A DNA stretch of 64,000 bases from Chiloscyllium plagiosum (lineage: Eukaryota), in assembly GCF_004010195.1 (NCBI RefSeq), contig NC_057721.1, positions 24,697,821-24,761,820 of the forward strand, written 5' to 3'. Numbering within the stretch: position 1 is the first letter of the stretch; the number at the start of each line of letters is the position of its first letter. Below, piece by piece: positions 1 through 13,164 of the stretch. Below the pieces are notes generated by a model. It saw only the letters and a list, made by a program, of their open reading frames with translations. It did no database searches and was not told where the DNA came from. The position numbers were made by a program, and so were the translations under genes.

Positions 1-420
1 TATAAGAAGAAGCTGGGTAGGCTGGGACTTTTTCTTTGGAGCATGGAAGGTTGAGGGGTGACCATATAGAGATTTTAAAAATCATGAGGGGCATAGATAA
101 GATGAATAACAAAGATCTTTTCCCGAGGGTGGGGGAGTTCAGAACTAGGGGACATATTTTTAACATGAGAGAAGAAAGATTTAAATAGGACCTGAGGAGA
201 AACTTTTTCACACAAAGGGTGGTTTGTATGTGGAATGAACTGCCAGAGGAAGTGATACAGTTATAAACATTTGAAAGAGATTTGGACGGGTTCATGAATA
301 GGAAAGGGTTAGAGGGCAAGCACAGGCAAATGGGACTAGTTTAGTTTGGGAAACTTGGTCAGCACAGACGAGTTGGACTAAAGGGTCTGTTTCCATGCTG
401 TATTACTCTATGACTCTATG
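1..420 (+). mobile_element. CR1/HER1 LINE 3' end
   Basis: Degenerate ORF2 C-terminus (LGLFSLE..RLRGD.IE..KIM) followed by the 3' UTR 'gagttggactaaagggtctgtttcc' and a (ctatga)n tail. Confidence 0.9.
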
Positions 421-1509
421 GTGCATTGGAAATTCAAATTAATAGTTTCCCAGGAGCTACAACAGGTTTTAATACTTCTAACCTTTCCTAGGCAATTATT
501 CAGGTTAGTAACTTAGAACCCTCTCAAGTCACCAACTCTTAACATAGAATTGGGGATCCCATTGGATAGTTTCAGATATTGGGAATTTGCGCACTGGAAG
601 TTTCAACTTCCCTTAGAGTTCTAGCAGACTCAGCTGCATGATCTCAATGCATAACTCCATTCAATGTTGCTACAACAACTGTCTTCCTGTAGAGTCTACA
701 TTGCTGTGATGTCTTAACTATCCTGCACATGCACCATACCAACCTAACATGTTTGAGGACTTAACATTTGGCTTTTTATCTCCAAAAGAAGAAAAAAAAA
801 CCATCAGGTCGATGTACACTTTGTCTTCTCCAAACTTATGATGTCAGTGAATTGCTCAAGCAGCAGCTTTCACATCTTATTTTTGTCTCATATGTTAAGA
901 AGGCTTTTGTATCCTCTCATTTTTGTACAAATAGATTTACCTACTAACAATTACAGAAAGACATGTAGAAAGCAAAGAGGGGGCAGGGAGTTGTGGAAAT
1001 AGAGTTTAATATATGAATTTCCACTGGATGGAACCGCTTATCAAATGTTTAGGATAACCCACAGGTGTTTTGAACCACAGGCACCGGGGGAAACTTCACA
1101 GATGCATAAGTAGCTGTTGAAATATATTTTTCATTTTGTGAATATATCTTTACTGTAGCTTTTAGTGCAGTTTTCTTTGTAGGTCTTTTATATTGAGATT
1201 TATTTTTCATGAAGTCCTGTTGTTCATGAAAAAGTTTGGCAGCAACCTCTGATCATTTATTGAGGTGAGTTTACTTTTAAAGAAATGTAATTTCTTGTGC
1301 GGCTGTTAAAAATGAAAGACAACATGCAAGGGAGTCTGACAAGAAGCAGGTTATCTTTTTTTTAAAAAAAGTGACAAAACTGCTTGTCTGTGGCAGATAT
1401 CAATGATTTCATCCTGCTGCAGATTAGCCCGATAAAGCTTTCTCCACTGAGGCTACGTTGTAACACACATGAATTAGTGATATAGTGAGATCATGACATT
1501 GATTCGTAT

Positions 1510-2056
1510 CGAGTCATAGGGTCACAGCATGGAACAGACACTTGCCAACCAGTCCATACTGACCATAATCCCAAATTAAACACCTGCTTGCTCCTGTCCG
1601 ATATCCTCCAAACCGTTCCTATTCATGTATCTATACAAATATCTTTTAAACATTGAATTGTGCCCACATCCTCAGGCTATTCATTCCACATGCGAACTAC
1701 CCTCTGTGTAAAAAAAATTTGCCCCTCATGTCTTTTTTAAATCTGTCTCCTCACATCTTGTAATCTCCTGTCCTGGGGAAAAGACACCTACCATTAACCC
1801 TCATGATTTTATAAACCTCAATAAGGTCACCTCTCAACCTCCTACACCCCAGTGAAAAAAGTCCCATCCTATCAAGTCTTTCTTTATAACTGAAAATTTC
1901 CATGCTGGCAACATCCTGGTAAATCTTTTTTCAACCCTCCCCAGCTTAATAATATCTTTCCTATAACTGGGCAATTCGAACTGGATGCAGTATTCCAGAA
2001 GAGGCCTCACCAATGTCCCCTACAACTTCAACATGATTTCCCAACTGTTATACTCA
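1510..2056 (-). mobile_element. CR1 LINE 3' fragment
   Basis: Begins 'gagtcatag' (tail, reverse strand) and contains 'catgattttataaacctcaataaggtcacc', the reverse complement of the CR1 ORF2 end. Confidence 0.85.
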
Positions 2057-2256
2057 GTCTCAGTATGCACTGCATATCAAGAACTGTATTGGCTTTGTGT
2101 TTCAAAGGGTGAATATTGCATTTGGTTGGTATAAGGAAAAGGAAGACAAGTCTTATATTTATCTGGTATCTTCTATGATCTCAGGATGAGTTAAAGTGAT
2201 TAACAGTTAATTTAAAGTTTTGAGTTCACTTTAACATTAATTACAAAACATATACT

Positions 2257-2402
2257 GTTAAAAATCACACAACACCAGGTTATAGTCCAACAGGTTTAAT
2301 TGGAAGCACTAGCTTTCGGACCGCCACACCTATTGGACTATAACCTGGTGTTGTGTGATTTTTAACTTTGTACACCCCAGTCCAACACGGGCATCTCCAA
2401 AT
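2257..2402. mobile_element. Short palindromic Penelope-derived element
   Basis: Inverted arms gttaaaaatcacacaacaccaggttatagtccaa / ttggactataacctggtgttgtgtgatttttaac. Flanked by a 13-bp TSD caaaacatatact (2244-2256) / caaaacgtatact (2403-2415). Confidence 0.75.
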
Positions 2403-2415
2403 CAAAACGTATACT

Positions 2416-2590
2416 AAATTTGACCTTTCTCTGCACTTTCTCTGTCGCTGTAACATTATGTTCTGCATTCTGTTGTATTATTCTGATGTACTTATATAAG
2501 ATATGATTTGTCTGGATAGCTTGCAAAACAATACTTTTCACTCTATCTTGGTACATATGACAATAATAAATCCAATCAAATCAAGTCAAA
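2416..2590 (+). mobile_element. Rex1/Babar-like LINE 3' UTR fragment
   Basis: Ends 'gtacatatgacaataataaatccaatcaaatcaagtcaaa', an AATAAA followed by a short-repeat tail. Family call is from recall. Confidence 0.45.
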
Positions 2591-3382
2591 TATATCAGTT
2601 GTAATTATAGACTGAGATTCAGAGAGCCAATCTAAAAGTTTACCAGCCCTAATTAGTTACTAGACCAATTCCAAGTTTACATTTGTTTTGCATTTTATTG
2701 AATTCATTAAGTTTACCATAGAAAGTACAGTGATTTTTTGTCAATCTACTTTGCGATGCTAATTTGTGACACTGGTTGACCTGGATCAGGTGTTTTTTTC
2801 CATTGACTGAAGTTTTCCTTCTCTCTTCAATTTTCCCTCCAATGTACTGAATTACTGAAACCCAGACCATGTCAATTCTGAACAGCTACTGCATCATTAA
2901 AAGCATCCTGAACTCAAGTTGGCTTATTTGTTTCGGAACATTATGTGACCAACCTTTGACTAGCTAAATAATATGTGCTGAATTCCTCATTTGTTTCTTC
3001 AAAGTCATGATCATGTTAGTACAATACTTATTATTGTCTCCTAATTCATTCTGCAACATACTAATCATTTTGTAAGATTACCACTTTTGTAACAGCTGAT
3101 CCTTCTTACTTTACCAACTCCATAGTTCTTTATGAAGACAAGTTGGCACCAAGAAGCAATTAATGCATCTGCTTAGAGATTGTAATGTCACATCCCAGTA
3201 TTAATTCTCATTCCAATGATGCAGGTAAGAAGGTCAAATTGACTTCTTATCTACAAATCTCACTGCAGAACCTTAATCCAGCATGTGTATAGATTTAATA
3301 ACACAGATAATGAATATATCCATAGGCCTGTTACATACTTGATGACTAAACCAAAACAATTTAAAACATTGCTGTGTATAAT

Positions 3383-3500
3383 GAGACAAGGAACTGCAGA
3401 TGCTGAAGATGTAATACAAAGAAAAAAAGAAATTGCTCCAGAAACTCAATTGGTTTGGCAACATCTGTTGAAAGGAAACAGAGTTAACGTTTCAAGTCCA
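3383..3500. mobile_element. Degenerate Penelope pseudo-LTR fragment
   Basis: 'gaactgcagatgctgaag...ggcaacatctg...gagttaacgtttc' resembles the elements at 56617 and 58539. Confidence 0.5.
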
Positions 3501-4129
3501 ATGCATAGCTGTGTGTGTGAGTAAAAGCCTTTTAGCTCAAATCAGTCTCACACATTCATCAAAGTTTACATTAGCCTAAGGTATGAAACTCATACTTTAC
3601 TTGACCTGAGCCATATGACTTAATCTTCACAGCAGTTTTAACAACTAAACACAATGAAATAGAATATAATTTAATTCCTGACTCGCTTAATCAAGTCAAT
3701 ATTAATTATCGAGAAATGACTCAGTCTGACATGAATGAAATGCAGTAATAAATACAAATATTTGCTTCTTCTTTGACAGGATATCATAAATACACATTAC
3801 CAATGTCACTATCACAACTGTACATTTCCAAATGTGCTAGGAGTCACTGTCATTGGTTGTCCCTTCATTCAAAGATAAAGACTCAGGGTCAGAGATTTCT
3901 GCTTTGGGTCTTCATGTGATGAACAGGCTGATGTTTAATCCACAGATCTTTAGGCATATACAGTGGCTTGTTCCATGAGACAATAGAATTTGTACTGCAG
4001 GATTTGCTTAATTTTCTTTCCTTCCTTGCCCTGCCACCACTCTGCTTCATTGGTAAGGTATTTGCACTCAAGGCATTATGCAGATTGATGGACAAGTTGT
4101 ATTTATGTTGGCCAGTTGGCAACAAACCC

Positions 4130-4600
4130 ATCCCAGTCACTAATGTCTGAGCTGCCATGCTTCAAGCAAAGCTTTGGGCTGTTCTTGAAGCATCTTCTTT
4201 ATCTTTCTATGGAACGCTGGCTATTTGTGATTTAGTGGAGGGATGCTTTTTGGCCATCCGGAATAAATGCCTGTCCACCATAGTTGATTTTGAAGCAGCT
4301 TTGCCTGAATATTTGTGGAACTGCCTTCAAAAAGGATACTAACATTTCTTCAATGATTGTCCTATAGAACTTGGATAATGCAGCAAATGCTTTGCTGTTA
4401 GAATTTCTCTTGTGCTCTTGTGTGTCGCTGATACATTTGTCTAGTTGGCAGTGCAGTAGAGGAATGGTGATAACTGCTGTGAACACAGGGACCTCTGTTG
4501 ACTTGCAAATGTCTTCATTGTCAAATGCTTGCTACCTTAGTTTGTCAAAAGTTGAGCTGGCACTGTTGATCTGGTGGTGGATCTCCACATCAATGCTGAG
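4130..4600 (-). mobile_element. RTE-clade LINE remnant (post-RT region)
   Basis: Minus-strand translation 'IDVEIHHQINSASSTFDKLR*QAFDNEDICKSTEVPVFTAVITIPLL' matches the RTE/BovB motif IDxEIxxRxxxASxxFxxLxxxVF...TKxxVYxAVV. Confidence 0.65.
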
Positions 4601-6499
4601 AAAGAGAAAGAGAAGGCATATAAAGCACTTAACAAATGCTTGAACATTGACTTTTAGTAATATATCCTACTTGAACTCCCCTGAAGATATGAATGTGTCA
4701 TTGTCCTGGCACCTTGTCATACCGTCATTGTGTGCCTCTTGCAGTACTGACCTTATTGTCTCACTAATGCCATTACTATATCTGAAAGTCAAATGTTCAA
4801 AGCGACCTGCATGCCTCAATGATAAAAGTTTGTTTTTGTTTGTATTATTAAGCCACTGGATATGTTTCATTCTGTTAATTACATTTCCTGGGGGACAGCA
4901 AACATTGACTGCTCCTCGGATTTAAATTTGCACTTGTTGAAAGAAAAGTCTCGATTCTGAGTAGAATTGAAAAATATTTTACTTGTGAGTTTTCTAATAT
5001 CTGTCAGTTGAATAAATCCAAAAAAAAACCTTTAATTTACAACCATTTGTCATTTACTTTTCAAATCCAAAATGTTTCCCCTTCTGAATTAAGACAGCTG
5101 TGGGCAATTAATAATTCCTATGTTTGTTTTTGTAACGTTAAAGAAATGCTACAGATTGCATGGAATATTTAACTGGAGAAGTGTTGACATTAAATATTGT
5201 TTTATTTTACAAAACACATGAGAAGGCGGAACATTGTTGGAATAGAATTTTTATTATTGGCCAGTGTTGAAGTCAAAAGAACGCAGTCTTTGGCATCCAG
5301 TCTATATTGTTATGTTTCATTCCTGAATATTGGGGTATTCTCAAACAAAATGAAGGACAATACATGCAGCAACTAAACTTTAAAATCAAACACACAAATC
5401 TGTTTAAACTTAGTTTTGTTGGCAACAAATGACATCTGATAGAGTTCAGAAATATGATTATTGATGGTCTTCCTGGGGTGTTCCTTTAAACTACTTGTTG
5501 CTGTAGAGGCAGATTTCAGCATGTTGCAAGATATATTTGTGTGTTGCCTAATTGATTCTGTTTAAAACTGATTGTTCCTTGCTTTTGGGCATCAGTTGAG
5601 AAAGAGGACATAATTGAATTAATTGCCAGGAATCGCATTATTACAATTTTCTTGCATCAGATTGTGACAGTCTGATCAATGTGTTATGGAAGAAAAGTAA
5701 ATACTGCCTCAGATTATTTGCCACATTTTGACCTAGACAGAACAAAATTAGTTCTAAATATTAAATGCTTTCAGGCACACTTACAATTTCTCACAAATAA
5801 ATTCTCAGCTGCACTGTCTGACAGTTATCGTCTTCAAATTCTCTAGATATTTCTCTTCTAATGACTCACCACTCTCTCTTAACTGTTTCTTGACCCTATT
5901 AGAAGCATTGAAATTTATGATGTCAAATGTGATCATTTAGCCCATCCTGTCTGTGCTAGCCAATAAAAGGCTTTCCAGCTTATTCCCACATTCTGGTTCT
6001 TGGCTTGTAGCTATATAGGTTATGGCACGTGCAAGTGTACCACTTATTAAAGACAATGCAGTTTTCAGTTTCTCCCACCTTTTGAAACAGACCATGGCAC
6101 ATTTTCCCAGCTCCCTAAAGCAGTTCGCACCAGTTTGCAACAGTAATGAAAATAGCAAAGTCATGCTGCTTCATTATTCTCTAAACTTCCTTTCTGCAAA
6201 ATGATGGGGTGGGGTACCTAATATGTGTAGCATTCACATGGTCCTCTCATCCTCAGGCATTGCATCCACTATATAGATTAACATTGTCAATTGTCATTTG
6301 TTACATAATAACAAAGAAAACTGCCCTCAATAAAAATATTAATACTAGGCTGTGCTCTCTTTATATATGTAAAATATTATTAAGTCTTTCAGTAACCTTT
6401 CAGAAGTTTATCTATTACTGTTCAAATTTAACAAATTCAGTATAACGTCCACATTCAGTACCTATAACCCAAAATAGTGATGTATGTACATAAGGTACT

Positions 6500-6721
6500 T
6501 GAAATGATTTAGTATGCCATCACCAAGTCATCCTTTATTTACACGTTCAAGGTCCATGACTATGGTACAACCTCGTCAGAGTCAACTCCCATCGTGAACA
6601 GGATGTTACTCCTATTTTTATCTGCTAGCTAGGGCTCCCTGATTGGAGCAGATTAACAGTCCCAATGAGGGAACTCATATTCTATGAGATCGACTTGGCT
6701 GACCTTGTTACAATTACTACA
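6500..6721 (-). repeat. 3' LTR
   Basis: Homologous to 10602-10836 (agggctcc.tgattgg..cagattaacag.ccc...gggaactca.attctatgag) and adjacent to the PPT. Confidence 0.85.
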
Positions 6722-7039
6722 TTCCTCCCTCCTTGAGTCTGATCTGGTCCTTTTTCTTGGAGCTCCTCCTGGGGCATTTTAGCACCAGGTCAGGTCCCTC
6801 CCACTCTGCCATGATAGGGGCATGTATAACACATAAGTGCTTGCTTCTTGCACCCAGAATGTCTTGGAAGAAATTCATTCTCTTCTTCAGGCAGCAAAGG
6901 CATCAAGCAGGTGACACCCGTGTCCACCTCAGATTCCAAGGTCTCTTCAATGCTTGACAGAACGGGAGAACCCTTGGTTTCTGTCAGCTTTTCTGACTGT
7001 ACCAAGGAGCTGGGAATGTTTTGCTCCTGCTCCATTTGC

Positions 7040-8430
7040 CAATTTGTAGCTTTCATATGGTCCATGTGCTTGTTCAGGACTGTTGAACTTACCCTAATTT
7101 TATATGTCTCTGGACCTGATCTTGCACCACCCATGCCCCTTACCCATGCAGGGCTGCTCCTGTGGTTCCTACACCAAACTTCATCCCCTGAAGTAATCTG
7201 TCTCTCTTGATTAGTGTGGTTTTGTGTCCGGCATTGGGGTTTCACCATGTACCCCCAGGTCCAGGAAGAACAGGTTTACCCTTGTGTGGAGTTTTCTCCC
7301 GATCAGCAAGTCTGCTGGTGCTTTCCCTATTGCATGAGGGGTGGTCCAGTAATCAAGCCAGAACCAGGACAGTTTGGTCTAGTGAAGCTGTAGGCTGTTC
7401 TTTAAGCCTGCTTTCAAAGTTTGGACTGCTCTTCCTGCCAGATCATGGAATAATGGATAGTATGGAGCTGTCCTTATATGATGAATGCCATTTGACTTGA
7501 GGAAATGCTCAAATTCCCTGCTGGTAAACAGTTATCTGTGGCCAAGCCTTCTGGGAGTCCATGTATTCCAAAGGATACATGCAGTCATGCCATCATTAAA
7601 CCCGTGTTTGATGAATGAACTCTGTCCATGTCCAGCCACTTTGAGTGCACGTCCACACTGAATAAGAACATTGACCCTAGTCAGTGTAGAACTGAGTCCA
7701 GGATTTATCTGACCATCCCCACAAATGCGGGGGAGCTGCTGGCAATAATTTCTGTCCTTGTTGGCATTCTGGACATTGCCACACCAACACGGCTATGGCT
7801 ACATCCAATCCTGGCCACCAGACATAACCTCTCATCAACATCTACATTTTGGAAACCTCTGGATGAACCTGGTGGAATTCAAGTAGTATCTGCCAGCAGC
7901 CTTGGCTCAGGACAACCACTCTTGCTGCCTATCTTAATATGCCTACCTTCACATACTCTAGTCTCTCTGGATCCAAAAAGGTTTCAATTCTGGTTGTGAC
8001 AGCCCTTTGGTTTCCCCCATCACCACCAGCTGTTTCAGTTTTGTCAGGGCCAGATCTTTCTGTGTCCAAATTCTAATTTTGTCAGCTGTGACTGCAAGTG
8101 TGTCCAGGAAATTTAAAACATTGTGGCTCTTCCAGTGGCGTGACCACTAGTATATCTTTCTCAACCAATTTTGCCTCATCATGCTCGGACCCGAGCCTTT
8201 TACTACAATCAGTGGTAACTGAACCAACTGCTTCTCACAAAAGACTGGAACAGTTGTTGTACCCTTAATCTCTAAAGGTTCCCCAGTATAGGTTCTCAGT
8301 AAAGCCGATATCTAGAGGATTAGAATCCAGAGCAAATTTTGTTAAGACTGCAATCACTAAAACAGTCGCGCTGGTACTAGATCTCCATTAGAACCCGTGA
8401 CCATTTAACTAGACTTTTATTTTGTTTGGT
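7040..8430 (-). pseudogene. Gypsy protease and integrase remnants
   Basis: ORF 6790-7248 'GDEVWCRNHRSSPAWVRG...SGPETYKIRV....NKHMDHMK' is an integrase C-terminus. A degenerate protease region lies at about 8170-8420. Confidence 0.7.
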
Positions 8431-8759
8431 TCTGATTTGGATATTGCTAAGCAATTTAACTGTTCCACATGAGATGAAGGTGAACTTTTCACGGTATGCA
8501 CATTCCTGGATACTGGCTTTTGAGTTCTTTTACTCAAGTTTGGTCTCAAAGAGACTTTTTTGTTGTCTCAAGTCCACGTAGAGGCCTGGATTCTGAAGAA
8601 ACTTTTAATTGTTTGGCTGAAGCTTGGCTTTGTTTTGGGGTTATGCTGTGCGCTGACCTAAAGCCCTTATGTTCAGGATATGTCCTGAGTGACGCTATGC
8701 AATTGCCTGCACTCAAGTGGTGTTCCACAAGCTCAGTCAGACTGGTAAGGCTGTCCACT

Positions 8760-10030
8760 TAGAGTCATAGAGATGTACAGCATGGAAATAGACCCTTCGG
8801 TCCAACTCATCCATGCCGACCAGATATCCCAACCCAATCTAGTCCCACCCAGCCCATATTCCTCCAAATCCTTCCTATTCATATACCCATCCAACTGCCT
8901 CTTAAATGTTGCAATTGTACCAGCCTCCACCATATCCTCTGGCAGCACATTCCATACACGTACCATCCTCTGCGTGAAAAAGTTGCCCCTTAGGTCTCTT
9001 TTATATCTTTCNNNNNNNNNNNNNNNNNNNNNNNNNNNNNNNNNNNNNNNNNNNNNNNNNNNNNNNNNNNNNNNNNNNNNNNNNNNNNNNNNNNNNNNNN
9101 NNNNNNNNNNNNNNNNNNNNNNNNNNNNNNNNNNNNNNNNNNNNNNNNNNNNNNNNNNNNNNNNNNNNNNNNNNNNNNNNNNNNNNNNNNNNNNNNNNNN
9201 NNNNNNNNNNNNNNNNNNNNNNNNNNNNNNNNNNNNNNNNNNNNNNNNNNNNNNNNNNNNNNNNNNNNNNNNNNNNNNNNNNNNNNNNNNNNNNNNNNNN
9301 NNNNNNNNNNNNNNNNNNNNNNNNNNNNNNNNNNNNNNNNNNNNNNNNNNNNNNNNNNNNNNNNNNNNNNNNNNNNNNNNNNNNNNNNNNNNNNNNNNNN
9401 NNNNNNNNNNNNNNNNNNNNNNNNNNNNNNNNNNNNNNNNNNNNNNNNNNNNNNNNNNNNNNNNNNNNNNNNNNNNNNNNNNNNNNNNNNNNNNNNNNNN
9501 NNNNNNNNNNNNNNNNNNNNNNNNNNNNNNNNNNNNNNNNNNNNNNNNNNNNNNNNNNNNNNNNNNNNNNNNNNNNNNNNNNNNNNNNNNNNNNNNNNNN
9601 NNNNNNNNNNNNNNNNNNNNNNNNNNNNNNNNNNNNNNNNNNTTCCGTGAGATCTAACCTTGCTAATTAGTCTCCCATAGGGAACCTTGTCGAACACCTT
9701 ACTGAAGTCCGTATAGATCACATCTACTGCTCTGCCCTCATCAATCTTCTTTGTTACTTCTTCAAAAAACTCAATCAAGTTTGTGAGACATGATTTCCCA
9801 CGCACAAAGCCATGTTGACAATCCCGAATCAGTCCTTTCCTTTCCAAATACATGTTCTTCCTGTCCCTCAGGATTCCGTCCAACAACTTGCCCACCACCG
9901 ACATCAAACTCACTGGTCTATAGTTCCCTGGCTTGTCTTTACCGCCCTTCTTAAACAGTGGCACCACGTTTGCCAACCTCCAATCTTTAGGCACCTCACC
10001 TGTGACTATCGATGATACAAATATCTCAGC
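8760..10030 (-). mobile_element. Young CR1/HER1 LINE nested in the Gypsy element
   Basis: RT motifs VPKDWRLANVVPLFKKG, GNYRPVSL, QHGF..GKSCLTNLIEFF and DFSKVFDKVP. Tail tagagtcatagag at 8760. Confidence 0.95.
9012..9642. other. Assembly gap (631 N)
   Basis: Run of N. Confidence 1.
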
Positions 10031-10034
10031 TCTT

Positions 10035-10520
10035 CCATCAGAATACTCTGCTTCATTTGCCATGTTTTCCAGTGTTAAAACCAGTTGTATTGTCTGGTTG
10101 AAATCCAGTCGGGCTTCAGTTAGTAGGCACTTTTACGTGGTTACATCATTCAACGGTGCATACCAACCAGTCAGCATCTCATTAAGGGTCAATACAAAGA
10201 TTAATGCCTCTGCCGGTCATCTTAAACTAGTCAAAAATCCTGACCTGGATTCCTCTAGTTTTTGAATTGCCGAGTAAAACTACAAGTGTCTCAGAATTAG
10301 GCGTGGTGTCATTATATTCCATCAACTCTTGAAAGTTTTTGGTATTTGGTGCCTCTATAATAGAAAAAGCTGCAGGTCCACAAGCTGTCAGGAGAATTAC
10401 TCTTTGCTATTCACCTGCCCCAATGTCATTTGCCCAGAAAGAAAATCACATTCTTTCCACATTCTGGACCCAATCTTCAACAGCAGGGTCGAATGAGTCA
10501 AGCCTCTCAAATACAGGCAT
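10035..10520 (-). pseudogene. Gypsy gag N-terminal remnant
   Basis: Translation from ATG 10520: MPVFERLDSFDPAVEDWVQNVERM*FSFWANDIGAGE*QRVILLTACGPAAF, a typical Gypsy Gag motif with in-frame stops. Confidence 0.8.
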
Positions 10521-10601
10521 GATGCAAGCAATGTCTACCCCAACTCAAAGACAACTGTTGCAAGTAAGTTTCTTCAAGATGTGTCCCACTCTCATTGTCA
10601 T

Positions 10602-10836
10602 TGAAATAAGTCCACAGAGGCAGGTATCCCATCACCAGGTCACCATTTATTCATAAGTGGAAAGTCCTTGACTCTGGTACAGCCTGGTCAAAGTCAACTC
10701 CCAGAGTGACAGGGTGTCTGACACTCCTGTTTATATCTGTCAGCCAGGGCTCCTTGATTGGGTCAGATTAACAGCCCCAGTCAGGGAACTCAGATTCTAT
10801 GAGGTCCACCCAGCTAACTTGATTACAATCACGACA
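10602..10836 (-). repeat. 5' LTR
   Basis: Homologous to 6500-6721 and followed on the minus strand by the PBS-like TGACAATGAGAGTGGG. Confidence 0.85.
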
Positions 10837-11808
10837 GTACTGCATTTTCCAAAGGTAGACAGAAAGCTATTCAAATAGATGTTCATAAGTAATATCAAAC
10901 CCTGCAGTAAAATGGTATTTTAACAGGCATCTGCCTCAGGGGTAGACAATATCTGCATATTAACTTATATTTATAATATATATAAAATATATAAATATCG
11001 TTGATCCTAATTCAGCATTTACTCCACAACCAAATGAAATTAAATTGCCTTGTTTGAATTCAATGCAAATCTCTAAATGTCAATGATATCTCAGCAGGCC
11101 CATTCCATGAGTTTAGTTTTTGGTTGTTCTTTCTAATCAGTGTTGACAAATAGTTGAGATAAAGCAGTGAAAAGCTTATTAGGCCCATAGTACCTATCCC
11201 TGTTATTGTGACTATCTCTAATGTTTTGAACAGATAACATTTAGATTGCCTTATAATTGGAAACCTGTTCAACTACTATTGTTTGGACAACTGCCATGTA
11301 ATCACAGGGGAAACAAAAGTGAGATACTGTATGTAAATTTGGTTTTGCCAGCTTATTCATTGAGTAGAATAATTTTCTCCGAGAATTAGATACTCGGAAT
11401 ACTTCATTATCTTTGGGCTTTATTACAAGTGGTGCATAAAACTGAAAATATACTCCCAGTTTGGATGAAGATGTTCAGTGCAAGAAGCAACATGAATGAT
11501 GTAAATTTATCATTGAGCTCTCAGTTCAGAATCATAAAAGTCACATCAAAGATTGAATATTGCTGAAATGAGAAAAAGGCCTCCCTTAATGGTGCTTAGA
11601 TAGCCTAGAGATAAACATTCAGATAAATTTCAGCTTCAATTTCAGGTTGAACCTTTTTTTATGCATTATGTAATGTAGGTTTATGTTAAATTTTGTATGA
11701 GTTGCATAATGCTATGGGATGAATAGTTGAGCATACTATAATGTCCACTGCCAACATTAAGACCTGATTAGTCATACCAGACATTACCAGGTCATGACCA
11801 AAGTTTAA

Positions 11809-11841
11809 GGTACAGCCTGGTCAAAGTCAACTCCCAGAGTG
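11809..11841 (+). repeat. 33-bp exact direct copy of 10676-10708
   Basis: ggtacagcctggtcaaagtcaactcccagagtg is identical at both sites. Confidence 0.9.
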
Positions 11842-13164
11842 GTCTTTACCCCAGAAATCTACCTTCATCACAATTTCACTGGAGCATTCACAATGTACTT
11901 TTGGCAAATGTGAAATTATCAGTTTGGAATTAATTTTCATGGAAAATAGGCAAAATTTATTGTTGTGTATTTATGCTTCCTAGAACCTGGGATAAAGTGA
12001 CTTCAACTGATTTCAGAAAGAAGCTTTGCTATAAAAGAAACAGATCTTCATTTTGTGTCCTTCAAATTCTGCTGTGTCCTTCAAAATCTTAAGATAACAT
12101 ATGTAGATTATTTATGGGCTTCAACTGACAATCTTTCTAGCGAAAGCTCATTATAGTTGTCGTCTGAACTGAAGCCCAAGTAGTCTTTGAACTCTAGTGA
12201 ATCAACTTAGTGAAGCTTTGAAGATCAATGGGCCCTATTCGTAAATTCCAATCAGATAGGAGAACACTTTCCATTTCCAAGAACTGTCAGAGGTTTTGAG
12301 CCCATTGATTTTTTCATAAAGCAATGATTTTAGAAAACTCCCACTTGTTTATTGCTGAATCGCAAACTATGACTGGGATAAGTTATCTCAGACATTTTGT
12401 TTCTAATATGAGCTGCTTAGTATCTTCTTATTTAGAATTGTTTGATGGAGCAACAATTATTGTAAGCTTATTTGTCATGTTTTTAGTTCAGATCAAGTAG
12501 TGTGTTAGGTGATGTCTGAGTTCAGTAGTGAAATGTGGAAGTTGTTTCCTCATAAATAAGTATTATGTTAGGAGCTTGAAATTTATTAGGTAGCATTACA
12601 AATAATTCTTGGAGGCAGGGGAAAGGGTATGGAGTTTTAACCACTCACCCAGCCAGGATGGGCAAAAGGATGGAGCAGGGAAGCAAGTTTAAAAATTTGA
12701 AAACAGGAAACCTCAGCCAAACCTGTTGTCAACATTTCCATTTTAAACAAAGGCAGTTTTGGAGCCTGGGGTATTGGGTGACTAACCTGCTGTCTGAAAC
12801 TGATACTTAAATGTATATATTTTAATGAAGTTGCACGGCTTGAATTTTGGCTGCGTTTTAAATGTAATGGCTGCAGACCAGGTATCTCAGCTGTCAGGAA
12901 GTTTGGAACTTGGAGGAAGGTTTCAAGAGTCAGGTGTAATTTTCAGCCCTTCCAGTCAACTGGGAGGAGCAGACATGCTTCACTTCACTTGTCTGCCTAC
13001 CTTTCTGTTCTGCCCCAAATAAAAACTGTTTCTCATTTAATGTGTTTGGATTAAGCCTGAAATCAGAGCATTACAATTTCTCTATGGTCACCCTAATCTA
13101 CCTAACTGAAGGTCTAATCATGGTCAACACCCTCAATGTTTCTACCTCCAGATAATCTCCTGTC

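Larger units (their letters stand above)
6500..10836 (-). mobile_element. Gypsy/Ty3-type LTR retrotransposon, degenerate and internally deleted
   Basis: Two related LTRs (6500-6721 and 10602-10836), each TG...CA. 5-bp TSD GTACT at 6495-6499 and 10837-10841. Polypurine tract (minus-strand GGAGGGAGGAA) at 6722-6732. Degenerate PBS next to 10601. gag, protease and integrase remnants inside. Confidence 0.88.

Noticed and set aside
8773-10063. Long 294-aa and 357-aa ORFs
   Set aside because: Their length comes from translation through the N gap. The real part is CR1 reverse transcriptase.
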